From assembly GCA_963716255.1 (NCBI GenBank), contig OY970303.1, positions 416,001 to 480,000 of the forward strand: DNA of 64,000 nt, in the 5' to 3' direction. This DNA comes from an uncultured Gemmatimonadales bacterium. GTDB taxonomy: Bacteria; Gemmatimonadota; Gemmatimonadetes; Longimicrobiales; Longimicrobiaceae. Each line of letters opens with the position of its first letter. Position 1 is the first letter of the stretch. This document shows, one piece after another, positions 20,287 to 28,283 of this stretch. The notes beneath the pieces were generated by a model that worked only from the letters and a program-made list of their open reading frames with translations, had not been told where the DNA came from and searched no databases. Position numbers and translations under genes: made by a program.

Positions 20287-20341
20287 CTCTTTAGCGTTTT
20301 TTTTAGGTGGTCGCAAGCGGTCGCGCTCAAATCCATCCACC
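20287..20341 (-). promoter_or_regulatory. SAM-II riboswitch
   Basis: Minus strand GGUGG-AUGGAUUUGAGCGCGACCGCUUGCGA-CCACC-U-A-run-CGCUAAAGAG: P1 stem, GAUUU and GCUUGC loop elements, and the A-rich linker plus GCUAAA of SAM-II; lies upstream of metH. Confidence 0.85.
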
Positions 20342-20574
20342 GTCGCCTCGCGGCGACAGGACCAAGCTACACGGCGGGCGCGGGCCGCGCAAGGGAGCCG
20401 TTCATCCTTTTACCCGGATGCACGGCTGAACAACGTCGGGCGGCGGCGCCGCGGCCGGAGATGCTTGCCATGCCGGGGCGCGCCGTCGAATATGATGCAG
20501 GCTGCGGCCGCCGGGCCGGCCGGGCGCCTTTCCGGACCGGTCCACCCGCACTCCCACCTGGCAAGGAGCCCCGA

Positions 20575-21942
20575 TTGGCTGACAGCGGCCACTACAAGGA
20601 CGCGATCCTGGACGCCCTCGCGACGAGGGCCAACGTCGCCCAGTTCGTCAGCTTCGATCCGGGGCTGCGGCAGCGTCACGCCTGGATTCGCGGCCACGAG
20701 CCGAACACCTCGCTGGGCACGGCGGAAGGGGCGGTCGGCGCGATGCTCGCCTCGGCGCCCGAGGGTTCGGTGAACATCCGCAGCTTCGAGCCCCACGACC
20801 CCAAGAGCCGCGAGTTCATCTACGGCCGCAGGAGCGCGGACGAGGTGCTCGCGGACCTGCGGCGGCTGGCGGCGGAGGGACTCTACACCATCGTCAACGA
20901 AACCGTGAACGTGGACGACGGCGGCGTCTCGGGGGTCTCCTTCGGCAACGTGGTGGAGTTCGCCCCCGCGGATACACCGCGGGCGGTTGAAAAGCCGGGG
21001 ACGGCGGCGCTCACCCGCGACCTGGCGGGCCGTGTGTTCCGCACCGTGTACGGCTTCGCGCCAGCCCTCCCGGAACGTCCGGAGCTCCGCGTGGAGTTCA
21101 GCATCCACCCGCTGCGCCGCGGCTACCGGCACGACCACACCATCGTCTGGGAGATGGAGGAGCTCGCGGAGCCTCCCACGGAGGCGCACGTCGGATGGCC
21201 CAACCTCTTCAGCCGGATGCTGGGCGACAAGGCGTACGGCCTGCTCGTCGCCGACGCGCTGGGACTGCGGGTGCCGAACACGCAGGCCTTTCCCCGCCGC
21301 CTGGCGCCGTTCGCGTTCGGGAGCGACACGGGGCTGGCCGAGGCCTGGATCCGCACCTGCCCCACGGTGCAGCAGCCGGGCCGCTTCACCACCCGCCGCG
21401 GGTGGCTGGACCCCTACCGGCTGATGCAGGAGGAGGACCCGGAGGGAACGGCGATCGCATCCATCCTCGCCCAGCAGGGGGTGGACGCGAACCACTCCGG
21501 GGCGCTCATCTCGCAACCGGACGGCGAGCCGCTGGTGGAGGGGGTCTCCGGCTTCGGGGACCCGTTCATGGTGGGCGAGGCCCCGCCGGAGGAGCTGCCC
21601 GCACGGGTGGTGGCGGACGTGCTGGGGGTGTACCGGCGCGCGTCGGCCATGCTGGGGCCGGTGCGCTTCGAGTGGGTGCACGACGGCCGGGAGGTGTGGG
21701 TGGTTCAGCTGCACCGCGGGGCCAGCGCCACCCACGGCCGGGTCATCTTCCCGGGCGGGGCGGAGCGCTTCCACCGCTTCGACGTCGCCGGGGGGATCGG
21801 CGCGCTTCGCGAGCTGATCGCGAGGCTCGACGGGAGCGGCGAGGGAGTGGTGCTGGTGGGCCGGGTGGGCGTCACCAGCCACTTCGGCGACCTGCTTCGC
21901 CGCGCGCGCGTCCCGTCGCGCATCGAGGCGCCGGAGGACTGA
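20575..21942 (+). CDS. Dikinase-like protein (PEP-synthase/PPDK-type ATP-grasp plus phospho-His swivel domain)
   Basis: TTG start after aaggag. GDKAYGL..LRVP, WIRT, ILAQQGVDANHSGALI, VEGVSGFGDPFMVG, RFEWVHDGREVWVVQLH resemble PPDK_N; VGVTSHFGDLLRRARVPS resembles GGxTSHAAIVARELGIP. Confidence 0.65.
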   Translation: MADSGHYKDAILDALATRANVAQFVSFDPGLRQRHAWIRGHEPNTSLGTAEGAVGAMLASAPEGSVNIRSFEPHDPKSREFIYGRRSADEVLADLRRLAAEGLYTIVNETVNVDDGGVSGVSFGNVVEFAPADTPRAVEKPGTAALTRDLAGRVFRTVYGFAPALPERPELRVEFSIHPLRRGYRHDHTIVWEMEELAEPPTEAHVGWPNLFSRMLGDKAYGLLVADALGLRVPNTQAFPRRLAPFAFGSDTGLAEAWIRTCPTVQQPGRFTTRRGWLDPYRLMQEEDPEGTAIASILAQQGVDANHSGALISQPDGEPLVEGVSGFGDPFMVGEAPPEELPARVVADVLGVYRRASAMLGPVRFEWVHDGREVWVVQLHRGASATHGRVIFPGGAERFHRFDVAGGIGALRELIARLDGSGEGVVLVGRVGVTSHFGDLLRRARVPSRIEAPED

Positions 21943-22060
21943 TCTCTCCCCCGGTCGGCTCTCCCTTCAGGAAAAACCCGGCTCCCGTCCATCAAATCAC
22001 CTGGATCCCGCGACCCGGCGGGGTCACCAGCCGTCCTCATCCTCCGGCATCCACACCGCC

Positions 22061-24895
22061 ATGAGCGAGACGACACCGCCAGAAGGCCGTTCCGACGAGG
22101 CGACGACAGAACCAGGCGAGGGAAAGCGGGAAGCCGGGGAAGCAACGCCGAAGCCCGCGGAGGGAATGCCGCCGAAACCCGCGGTGGAAGCGCCGCTGAA
22201 GCCAGCGGAGGAAGCGCCGCCGAAACCCGCGGTGGAAGCGCCGCCGAAGCCCGCGGAGGGAGCTCCGCCGAAGCTGCCGCCGAAGCCAGGCAGGCGGGAG
22301 TTGGCGCCCGACGACGACGGACCGAAGCCGCGTAGCGCAGGAATCCCCTGGATCGTGGGCCTCGTCGCAGCGCTCGCCGGCGCGGTGGCGGTGATAGGCA
22401 TCAACAGCTTCCTTGGGCTGGGGCTGGGATGCGGGGACGTCTGCCGGGCGGACGAGGGGAGGACCGTGCAGGAGGAAGCGCAGTCCGGGGGCCCGCCGTC
22501 CTCCGTCGTCTTCGCCCACGTCGCCGACGCCCGGATCGGAGCGGCCGACGACACCACCAGCGCGTCCAACCAGGCCGCCCTCGCGGCGGTGATGCGCGCC
22601 ATCCGCGCCCAGCCGGGGGCCGAGACTCCCCGCTTCCTTGTGCTTTCGGGCGCCGTCCTGGGGGACACCTCCGTCGCCGGGGAGGCGCCCGCGCCACCGC
22701 CTCAGGGAGCGCCTGCCGTCCCCCCACCCTCGCCGGCCGTCCAGGACACGACCCCGGTCCCCGCTGCGCCGGCCGTTCAGGGCGCGGCCGCGGTCCCCGC
22801 GTCCACCGGGGGACAGGCCATCGGCAGGTGGCGGGACCAGGCCGATTCGCTGGCGGCCGTGCTTGCCTCGAGCCCCGTTGCGAACGTGTACCTGGCGTCC
22901 GCCCGTCCCCTGCCGGCGGGCTTCCTCGCCCGGCTGCGGGAGCGGCTGCGCCGGAGCGGAGTCGGCGTCCAGGACCTCACCGCCTGCTACGACGCGGCCG
23001 GCGTCGCCCCGGGAGCTTGCAGGACCGGAGTACCCGGAACGCGGTTCGTCCTGGTGGGCTACCGCTCCACGCCGGGCGCCGACACGTCGTCCGGCGGGTC
23101 GCTCGAGCGGCTCGGCACGCTGCTGAGCCAGACGCCCCGGGCCAACCAGCGGGCCGTCGTGGTCGCGGGCAGCCTGCCGCCGGGCGGCGGGGGCAGGCCT
23201 GCCTCACCGGAAGGCGAGGCATCCGGTGAGCCCCCGGACACGGCGTCCCGCTGGACGCGGCTCATCCGGCCGGACGACGTGGCCGCCGTGCTGGGTCCCG
23301 CCGACGAAGCGTCGCCCGACGGCGAAGGAAAGTTCCGGCCGGCTCCCCCCCTGGGGGTGGCCGACCCCGGGAGCGCGGTCGCGAGGAACGGGTTCGCCCT
23401 GGTGCGGCTCGGCCCGGGCGGCGCCACGCAGCGGATCGTCTCCCACGACCGGCAGACGGGGATGCTTTCCGGGGAGAGCCTCGCGGCGGCCCCCGCAGCC
23501 GAGGAGCAGGGCGCATTCCGGCGATTGTTCGAGTGGCTGTGGAGCCTCCCGAACAACACGCGCGACCTGGCCCGCGCAACCGTGCTCCTCCTGGGGCTCC
23601 TGTTCGCCTTCCTCACCGTGGCCGCTCTCTGGGAGGTTCCCGGCAAAACCAGGATGGTGACGGTGCAGCTCGCCGCGATGCCGGCGGAAGGGGCCGCGAA
23701 CGCGTCCCCCGTGCAGCAGGTCCAGCAGGTCCAGGTCCCGGACTCCCTCCCCGGCGGAAGCGTTTTCCAGGGGAACCTGGCGCGCACCGTCTGGAGCGGG
23801 CTCACCGGGATCGCGGCGGTCACGCTGCTCACGCAGTTCTGGCAGCTGTCCGGGATCAAGGCCGAAGCCCTGTACGTCGTGATGTTCGGGGTTTCCTTCC
23901 TGGCGCTGCTCCTGACGATGGCGTTCATCCGGGCCGTCGCGGAAGGGCTTCGCAGCCGGATAGCGAGCGCGCGCCTCATCCCGACGTGGGATCCGCCGGC
24001 CAGGCTGGAAGGCCAGGGCGCGGCCATGTACTGGACCGCTCACCGCTCCCGGTCGTGGGTGACCTACTGGGTCCACCGCGCCTGGAGATGGCTCGTTTCC
24101 CTCCGGGAAACCCTGCTGGTGTTCGTCGACACGTTCGTCACCGTGCTGATGGGGCAGCGCTACGACGCGAACCTGGTGTGGGAGAAGCGCATCGTCGAGG
24201 ACCAGCGCGCCCTGCTCCGGATGGCGCACCTGCTCCGGGACAACATCGGCGAAGCGGTCCGCGGAGCGGTGCTGGGGAAAACCGGCCGCAGCGGAGGCTG
24301 CCCGGAGCTGGAGAAGGGGATTCGCGTGAGCATCAGCGTGCTCTCGGACGACGGGACGACGGCGTTCTACATCTCCTCGTCCGCTCGCAGCCTCGACCGG
24401 CGGTTCGGGCAGAAGTCGCTCGCCTGGCTCGCGATCTACGCACGCGAGCCGCGCTGGTGGGTGGACACGTACCCCGAGGATTCCATCATCGCCTTCGACA
24501 ACACGGTCGGAGCTCTCCCCGGGCCGACCGGGCCGCTGATGCTGGCCGACTACTTCGAGCCCCGCTTCCGTTCGGATTACGAGGCGTTCATCGTCGTCCC
24601 TCTTCCATGGAATCGCGGCGACGTGGCGGAGGGGGGAAGGCGTGGGGGGCTCCACATCTCGTTCGAGAAGGCCGACTGGTTCAAAGCGCTGTGGCCTTCC
24701 CTGCACGACGCCGGCCTACCGGCCACACCCCCTCCGGGCGACATTTACGGGGCGAGCTTCGACTTCCTCACGGACCTGCAGAGCGAGACCCTCCTCGCGG
24801 TGCTGGAGCAGGCACTGGACATGCTGGGGGTGGTCGTGTCGAGGTTCGACCAGACCATTTACGAGAGCCGCATCCGCGGGCACAACGCCGGCTGA
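22061..24895 (+). CDS. Large membrane protein: Pro/Glu repeats, TM, degenerate metallophosphoesterase-like domain, ~3 TM, GAF-like C-terminus
   Basis: KPAxEAPP repeats; FAHVADARIG and PRFLVLSGAV resemble decayed phosphoesterase motifs; hydrophobic helices; IRVSISVLSDDG...AFIVVPLP...GGLHISFE is GAF-like. Confidence 0.6.
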   Translation: MSETTPPEGRSDEATTEPGEGKREAGEATPKPAEGMPPKPAVEAPLKPAEEAPPKPAVEAPPKPAEGAPPKLPPKPGRRELAPDDDGPKPRSAGIPWIVGLVAALAGAVAVIGINSFLGLGLGCGDVCRADEGRTVQEEAQSGGPPSSVVFAHVADARIGAADDTTSASNQAALAAVMRAIRAQPGAETPRFLVLSGAVLGDTSVAGEAPAPPPQGAPAVPPPSPAVQDTTPVPAAPAVQGAAAVPASTGGQAIGRWRDQADSLAAVLASSPVANVYLASARPLPAGFLARLRERLRRSGVGVQDLTACYDAAGVAPGACRTGVPGTRFVLVGYRSTPGADTSSGGSLERLGTLLSQTPRANQRAVVVAGSLPPGGGGRPASPEGEASGEPPDTASRWTRLIRPDDVAAVLGPADEASPDGEGKFRPAPPLGVADPGSAVARNGFALVRLGPGGATQRIVSHDRQTGMLSGESLAAAPAAEEQGAFRRLFEWLWSLPNNTRDLARATVLLLGLLFAFLTVAALWEVPGKTRMVTVQLAAMPAEGAANASPVQQVQQVQVPDSLPGGSVFQGNLARTVWSGLTGIAAVTLLTQFWQLSGIKAEALYVVMFGVSFLALLLTMAFIRAVAEGLRSRIASARLIPTWDPPARLEGQGAAMYWTAHRSRSWVTYWVHRAWRWLVSLRETLLVFVDTFVTVLMGQRYDANLVWEKRIVEDQRALLRMAHLLRDNIGEAVRGAVLGKTGRSGGCPELEKGIRVSISVLSDDGTTAFYISSSARSLDRRFGQKSLAWLAIYAREPRWWVDTYPEDSIIAFDNTVGALPGPTGPLMLADYFEPRFRSDYEAFIVVPLPWNRGDVAEGGRRGGLHISFEKADWFKALWPSLHDAGLPATPPPGDIYGASFDFLTDLQSETLLAVLEQALDMLGVVVSRFDQTIYESRIRGHNAG
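22147..22285 (+). repeat. 24-bp tandem coding repeat (PKPAxEAP)
   Basis: About five imperfect copies of gccgaarcccgcggwggaagcgcc. Confidence 0.85.
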
Positions 24896-24951
24896 GCCGG
24901 GACGCCGGGCCGGTCGCCTGCCACTGACCACCTGCGAGCGCGAGGAAAAGA

Positions 24952-25590
24952 TTGACCTGGGAGTACGAACTGGACACGGATGAGCGGAGACACACCCGCA
25001 CGTTCCGCGAGGAATGTGCACTCGCGTTCGCCGCGCTGGACTGCATCCTGAACGGAGACAAGGGGATCTACGCCAGCAGCGAGCTCACCACCGGCCGGCG
25101 GGCGTACGGCCTGTTCGACGAGCACGGAGTCCACAGCGCGCACGAGCTGCGCGACAAGCTCGGCGAGGACCCGCACCGCAGCCTCGTCCTGATCCCCAAC
25201 TGCGAGGCCGCGGCCGACTTCGCCCGGCGCCTGCGGGAGCGCTTCGGCGGGACGGAGCCGGTGATCACCCCCGCCCCGTTCGAGGCGCCGGGGTGGAGCC
25301 AGGCGGAGTACCTCCACTTCTGGGAGACGCTGATCCGCACCCGGACCCGGGCCGTCTACTTCAACGAGGCGTGGGAGTACAGCAACGGCTGCACCTTCGA
25401 GTTCGCCGTGGCCCACGACGCGGGTGTCCCCACCTTCGACGCGCGCTGCGAGCCGCTGGAGTTGGAGCGCGGCGTCGAGCTCGTCGCGCGGGCCGTGCGG
25501 GAGCTGGAGTCCCGCGGTGTGGACCCGGCCCGCCTCCGCACCCACCTCGGGCGGCTGGAAGGAATGCGGGCCCCGGCCGGCTCGCCCTGA
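24952..25590 (+). CDS. Nucleoside 2-deoxyribosyltransferase-like (DUF4406-like) protein
   Basis: IYASSELTTG, VITPA, and AVYFNEAWEYSNGCTFEFAVAHDAGVPTF matching WExSxGxxxExxxAxxxG; TTG start after gagga. Confidence 0.7.
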   Translation: MTWEYELDTDERRHTRTFREECALAFAALDCILNGDKGIYASSELTTGRRAYGLFDEHGVHSAHELRDKLGEDPHRSLVLIPNCEAAADFARRLRERFGGTEPVITPAPFEAPGWSQAEYLHFWETLIRTRTRAVYFNEAWEYSNGCTFEFAVAHDAGVPTFDARCEPLELERGVELVARAVRELESRGVDPARLRTHLGRLEGMRAPAGSP

Positions 25591-25811
25591 CGCCCCGGCG
25601 GCCCACCTCTGCCGGCCCCGACGCCCGCCACCCCCGCCCGGGTGGCGGGCGTCGCGCCGGGTGCAAGCGAAGCGGCCACACCCGGCGCGCCGGGCGAAGA
25701 AGCTTGCCTCCCGCATGTTTTCCGTCCATTCTGGCCGACGGAGCGCCGGGGGATCCGGACCGCTCGGCTCCCCGGAGGAGCCCCTTCACCCTTCCTCGGA
25801 ACAGGCAGACG

Positions 25812-27344
25812 ATGACATTCCGGCTTCTCCCCCTCCGCGCCGCGGCCCCGCTCCTCCTCGCGGCGGCGCTGGCCGCGTGCGCCGAGCGCGCCGATTCGCC
25901 GCTCTCCCCCGCCCCGGCGCCGCGCGCCGACGTCGCGGCCGCCGCGGTGACGGGAACCATCGTGCTGGCGGGCGGCGGCGCGGAGGGAGACGTGGGCGAC
26001 ACCTCGTCGTGGAGCTACAAGCTGTACAGGGAGGTGGTGGAGAACGGCGACGTGGACGGCGACGGCGTGGTCCGCGTGGCGGTGCTGACGGTGGACGCGT
26101 CCACCTCGTTCATCACCGACTACTTCGAGTGGATCGGGACCACGCTGGGCGTGCCGGTGGACGCCACGATCTACCAGGTGACCACGCGGGCGGAGGCCAA
26201 CGACCCGGCGCGGGTGGGCGCGGTGGCCAACGCCGACGCGGTCTTCCTCAAGGGCGGAGACCAGGGCGTGTACTACGACCAGTGGAACGGCACCCTCCTG
26301 GAAACGCACGTGCGCACCGTGGTGGAGACGCGCGGCGGGGCCGTGGGCGGCACCAGCGCGGGGGCCATGAGCCAGTCGCAGTTCTGCCTGTGCGGCAGCG
26401 CCGACCTGGTCTCCGCCGACGTGATGACCAACTCGCACACCTCCTTCCTCAACGATGTGAGCGACGGCGGCACCGGCATCCACACCGATTTCCTGAATTT
26501 CCTGGGCGGCGCCGTGGTGGACACACACTTCACCGAGCGCGCGCGCTTCGGGCGGCTGCTGGGGACCATGGCGAAGGCCGCCGAGGACAACGCCGCGCCC
26601 GGGATCCTGGGCATCGGCATCGAGCGGCAGACAGGGCTCGCCATCCGCGGCGGGGTGGCCGAGGTGATCGGCAACGGCGAGGTGTCGTTCGTGCAGCAGA
26701 CGCCCGCCACGGCGCGCATCCGCACGCCGGGCAAGCCGCTCGTGTACACGCACCTGCGGGTGGACCGGCTCACGCACGGGTGGACGTACGACCTGGGCGC
26801 GAAGCTGCCGGGCACGGCGGCGCCGGGGGTGCTGGCCGTCAGCTACGCCGGCGACGGCGCGGCCAACTCCGGGGCGCTCAGCATCGCGGGCTCCACGGAG
26901 CGGGACAACTCCAGGTTCGAGAAGGTGGCCACGTACTCCAGCAAGGACTACTCGCTGGCGAACACCTCGGCGAGCGTGTTCGTGCGCAGCGGCGTGGGCT
27001 TCACGGACGCGGGCAACTCCGGCAATCGCGGCTTCAAGCAGGAAACGCTGTTCCGCGCCCTGTACGACGTGCCGGCGTACAGCGGGCTCCTGCTGTTTTC
27101 CGGCGGCACCGCGTCGCGCGTGGCCGCCAGCCCGGACGTGCTCTCGTTCTCCGGCGCGGGGACCATCGTGGTGGACGGCAGGACGGTGGCGAGCCGCGGG
27201 CTTTCGCCGTACAAGTCGTACCAGGCCACCAGCAAGGGGACGCTCAGGGCGGCGGCGCTCACCGGCCTCACGGTGCACGTGCTCGCCGAGTCCGCCACCA
27301 CGGGCAAGCGCTACAACACGCGGACTCATGCGGTGGTGCCGTGA
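25812..27344 (+). CDS. Cyanophycinase-like S51 peptidase lipoprotein
   Basis: LAAC lipobox; IVLAGGG, ADAVFLKGGDQ, GGTSAGAM, DTHFTERARFGRL, GIGIE. Confidence 0.88.
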   Translation: MTFRLLPLRAAAPLLLAAALAACAERADSPLSPAPAPRADVAAAAVTGTIVLAGGGAEGDVGDTSSWSYKLYREVVENGDVDGDGVVRVAVLTVDASTSFITDYFEWIGTTLGVPVDATIYQVTTRAEANDPARVGAVANADAVFLKGGDQGVYYDQWNGTLLETHVRTVVETRGGAVGGTSAGAMSQSQFCLCGSADLVSADVMTNSHTSFLNDVSDGGTGIHTDFLNFLGGAVVDTHFTERARFGRLLGTMAKAAEDNAAPGILGIGIERQTGLAIRGGVAEVIGNGEVSFVQQTPATARIRTPGKPLVYTHLRVDRLTHGWTYDLGAKLPGTAAPGVLAVSYAGDGAANSGALSIAGSTERDNSRFEKVATYSSKDYSLANTSASVFVRSGVGFTDAGNSGNRGFKQETLFRALYDVPAYSGLLLFSGGTASRVAASPDVLSFSGAGTIVVDGRTVASRGLSPYKSYQATSKGTLRAAALTGLTVHVLAESATTGKRYNTRTHAVVP

Positions 27345-27361
27345 CTGAACTGATCTGAGTG

Positions 27362-27800
27362 GCGGGTTCGGGCGTGCCCCCGGCTGGCGCCGGGGTCGGG
27401 CTTCGGCTCCGTAAGCGAGCAAACGACGCTCGCCAACGGAGTCGAGCCCCCGCGAAACTGCCCGCGGGGTCTGAGCAGCCGGGATGATGCTTGACACTTT
27501 GGACCGGGAGGATGCTTGACACTCCCTCCCGTTCCTACCAAGGACTTACGCTGTTTCTGACCAGAGAGCAGTGAGGGATCCCCTCAGTGCTACCCTCTCC
27601 TACGGCAGGGGGCAACACCGAGCAGCAGTGAGGGTTACCCTACCTAAGCATTCAGCAAAGCGCTTGGGATTCGATCCATTTCCTAGTCGCTGCGCCGAAG
27701 CCTCTCTCATCAGGGAGTGTCAAGCATCCTCCCGGTCTATTCTGTCAACCATCAACCCGGTCCATACCGTCTCGCCCCTTCGGGCCGTAATCCCTCACGC
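27362..27800 (-). repeat. Structured repeat copy 6, split by an insertion (27362-27472 and 27769-27800)
   Basis: Consensus ...ggggtct|cgccccttcgggccg... is interrupted at gtct. Confidence 0.92.
27473..27768. mobile_element. Non-autonomous ~296-bp MITE with doubled subterminal inverted repeats
   Basis: Perfect 26-bp IR gaccgggaggatgcttgacactccct (27502-27527 / 27712-27737), plus a second outer copy at each end; gtc(t) duplicated at 27469-27472 and 27769-27772; lower GC than the flanks. Confidence 0.85.
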
Positions 27801-27892
27801 GGCTCCATGTGAAAATCCGGCACATAATTCGCGTCACTTTCCGGCGCGGCAACTCCGCCGTGGGTGGGAACCCCCCAATCGCAGAGGGAATC

Positions 27893-28102
27893 ATGAGTCA
27901 GTCTTCGCGCAGCAGGATCCGGCTGGCCTTCGGGGCCGCGATCGTCGCGTCGATGGGCTTCGGCGTCACGCAGGCGGTGGCGAAGCCGCAGGCGGCCGAG
28001 GTCGGTCCCAGGACCTGCCCGACGGGCACGGTGGCGTGCACCTGCGGCTTCCAGATCATCGCCTGCGTGGCCCCGGGGGGCCTCTGCCCGCACTGCCCCT
28101 GA
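27893..28102 (+). CDS. Small secreted 6-Cys peptide (69 aa)
   Basis: MSQSSRSRIRLAFGAAIVASMGFGVTQAVA-KPQAAEVGPRTCPTGTVACTCGFQIIACVAPGGLCPHCP; RBS gaggg; terminator follows. Confidence 0.8.
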   Translation: MSQSSRSRIRLAFGAAIVASMGFGVTQAVAKPQAAEVGPRTCPTGTVACTCGFQIIACVAPGGLCPHCP

Positions 28103-28127
28103 CGGAGAGCGGTGCACCGGACTGGGG

Positions 28128-28164
28128 CGGCCCCGCACCGGAATGGTGCGGGGCCGTTCTCGTT
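28128..28164 (+). terminator. Intrinsic terminator after the Cys-rich peptide
   Basis: cggccccgcacc-ggaat-ggtgcggggccg (12-bp stem) then ttctcgtt. Confidence 0.75.
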
Positions 28165-28283
28165 GCGGGACGGGGCTACGTAGCGGTTTGGCGGCTCCCG
28201 GCGGAGCGCGTAGCTTGCGGGTGCACCCGTGGCGGCCGCGCCGCGGGTGAGGCCCCGGCCCGCGCTCCCCGCCTCCCCCGCGC

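Noticed and set aside
20046..20336. 96-aa leader ORF upstream of metH
   Set aside because: It overlaps the SAM-II aptamer, the terminator and metH out of frame; no coding signature.
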